Origin: a virus
Lineage: Duplodnaviria; Caudoviricetes
IMG/VR virus record: IMGVR_UViG_3300020045_013114
Span: 1 to 53,524 of that record
DNA length: 53,524 nt
Direction: 5' to 3' (one strand)
Below, piece by piece: positions 52,597 to 53,524 of this stretch; the stretch's first letter is position 1, and each line of letters opens with the position of its first letter. Both the position numbers and the translations under genes were made by a program. Below the pieces are notes generated by a model that did no database searches, was not told the origin of the DNA, and saw only the letters and a program-made list of their open reading frames with translations.

Positions 52597-53524
52597 TTAC
52601 TTTTCTTCACCAAACAGATAGGATAGTGCCACCACTTTCTCAGTGTCTTCGTTAAAGAATTTATAGCTCTTAGTCTCCTCTTCTATATTCCCTAATCTAC
52701 GTATATCCTTCATAAACGGGACTAGCTTATTAATTTTTCGCCACGATTCCGTTTCACCCTTATATTTTCCCCTTTCAATGATGTCTGAGCTAAAAATTTC
52801 ATACGAAGTTGCTATTTCCTGCATTGTTGTTAATGAAACTACTGGGGATTTTAGCTTTCCAATATATTGTAGACCAATTGCTGAAGTGGATGAAGCTACC
52901 TCATTAGTTGTTCTCACGTTAAAATATATAGCTAAATCAAGTAATTCATTTGCTAATGTATCATCATCGTCATCTCCACGAAGCTGAGATAATAAGAGTC
53001 CAATTAAAAACATTCCATTCACAACTGCAATTTCTGCTCCTGTTCTAGCAAGATTTTCTCTTTGATTTTTTAACTTGTCCAAATCTATGTTTCCATCTTC
53101 GTCTTTTAGGTTCATACCATTCCAAACATTTTTTACGTGCTCTAAATAGCTTGCTCCGTTTCTTTTACTTGCTCCTGTAGTGATATCCTTTATGAATCTT
53201 CCTGCTGTTTGCCAGTTCCCTTCTTCCCAAGCCCCTGTAGCTAAATTTAAATGTCCACTTTTAAACTTTTTAGCCGTTGCTATTAATAACCATCCAGAGT
53301 GTTGTAATAATAAATTAGAAAGTGAGTTTCTTGCTAAAATAGACTTTTCCTCATCTGGTATTGCCATATCTACATCTTGAACTGCTGTCTTTACCCTTGT
53401 TGATATTCCTATATGAACTTGGTCTAAGTATTTATTTAGCTGTTCTTGGTCTGTTATGTTTAATTTTTTGGCGGCATTTGCTAGGTTCATAGAGTACACT
53501 CCATTAGTTGTCTTCATAGCGTCA
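52597..53524 (-). CDS. C-terminal part of a larger protein, possibly a virion or ejection protein; probably truncated by the window edge
   Basis: Frame open to the window end; helical, hydrophobic segment followed by DDDDD, typical of large podophage internal proteins (inference). Confidence 0.5.
   Translation of the reverse strand, partial: DAMKTTNGVYSMNLANAAKKLNITDQEQLNKYLDQVHIGISTRVKTAVQDVDMAIPDEEKSILARNSLSNLLLQHSGWLLIATAKKFKSGHLNLATGAWEEGNWQTAGRFIKDITTGASKRNGASYLEHVKNVWNGMNLKDEDGNIDLDKLKNQRENLARTGAEIAVVNGMFLIGLLLSQLRGDDDDDTLANELLDLAIYFNVRTTNEVASSTSAIGLQYIGKLKSPVVSLTTMQEIATSYEIFSSDIIERGKYKGETESWRKINKLVPFMKDIRRLGNIEEETKSYKFFNEDTEKVVALSYLFGEEK

Larger units (their letters stand above)
246..53480. 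repeat. Dispersed pseudo-palindromic motif T-tract/CG-core/A-tract (dozens of copies)
   Basis: Examples: ttttttCGCGCaaaaacaaataaaaacag (core 11403), ctgttttattcttttttCGCGCaaaaa (33341), ttttttGCGCGaaaaacaaaataaaacag (29172). Confidence 0.85.

Noticed and set aside
478-53380. Short antisense or nested ORFs in the track (478, 5124, 6412, 14020, 18668, 19534, 22405, 31189, 38851, 48791, 50945, 52778, 53180)
   Set aside because: Shadows of well-supported genes on the opposite strand.
246-53480. Dispersed motif as a CRISPR array or a set of terminators
   Set aside because: Degenerate, hundreds of bp apart and often intragenic. T-before-A polarity and the lack of a GC stem do not fit intrinsic terminators, and there are no cas genes.
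1-53524. Prophage or integrative element
   Set aside because: No integrase, repressor switch or host genes in the window.

Overview
AT-rich segment of a lytic dsDNA phage of Bacteroidota, most likely Flavobacteriaceae. About 17 host-type TTG-N19/20-TAnnTTTG promoters and A-rich, SD-less starts support this. Positions 1-49.8 kb are transcribed on +: dense small accessory ORFs, a likely terminus/early region at about 7-13 kb, then denV, SNase, an outer-membrane barrel, exonucleases, nrdD/nrdG, a GHKL ATPase, MazG-like protein, DnaB-like helicase, family A polymerase, BT4734-type primase and a metallophosphoesterase. These converge at a terminator (49.8 kb) with minus-strand genes. Unexplained signals: (1) a roughly 45-bp pseudo-palindrome (CTGTTTT..TTTTT-[CG core]-AAAAA..AAAACAG) repeated dozens of times, often every 300-400 bp, including inside CDSs, each at a G/T-rich to A/C-rich compositional switch; (2) a cluster of structured RNA candidates at 24.1-25.2 kb, including a 101-nt tRNA mimic with alanine identity elements and an oversized anticodon arm; (3) a Flavo-1/attC-like hairpin, an unannotated I78-type protease inhibitor, a GIY-YIG/RNase H1 hybrid-binding-domain fusion and a permuted GHKL-zincin. 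All calls come from manual motif reading; no searches were run.
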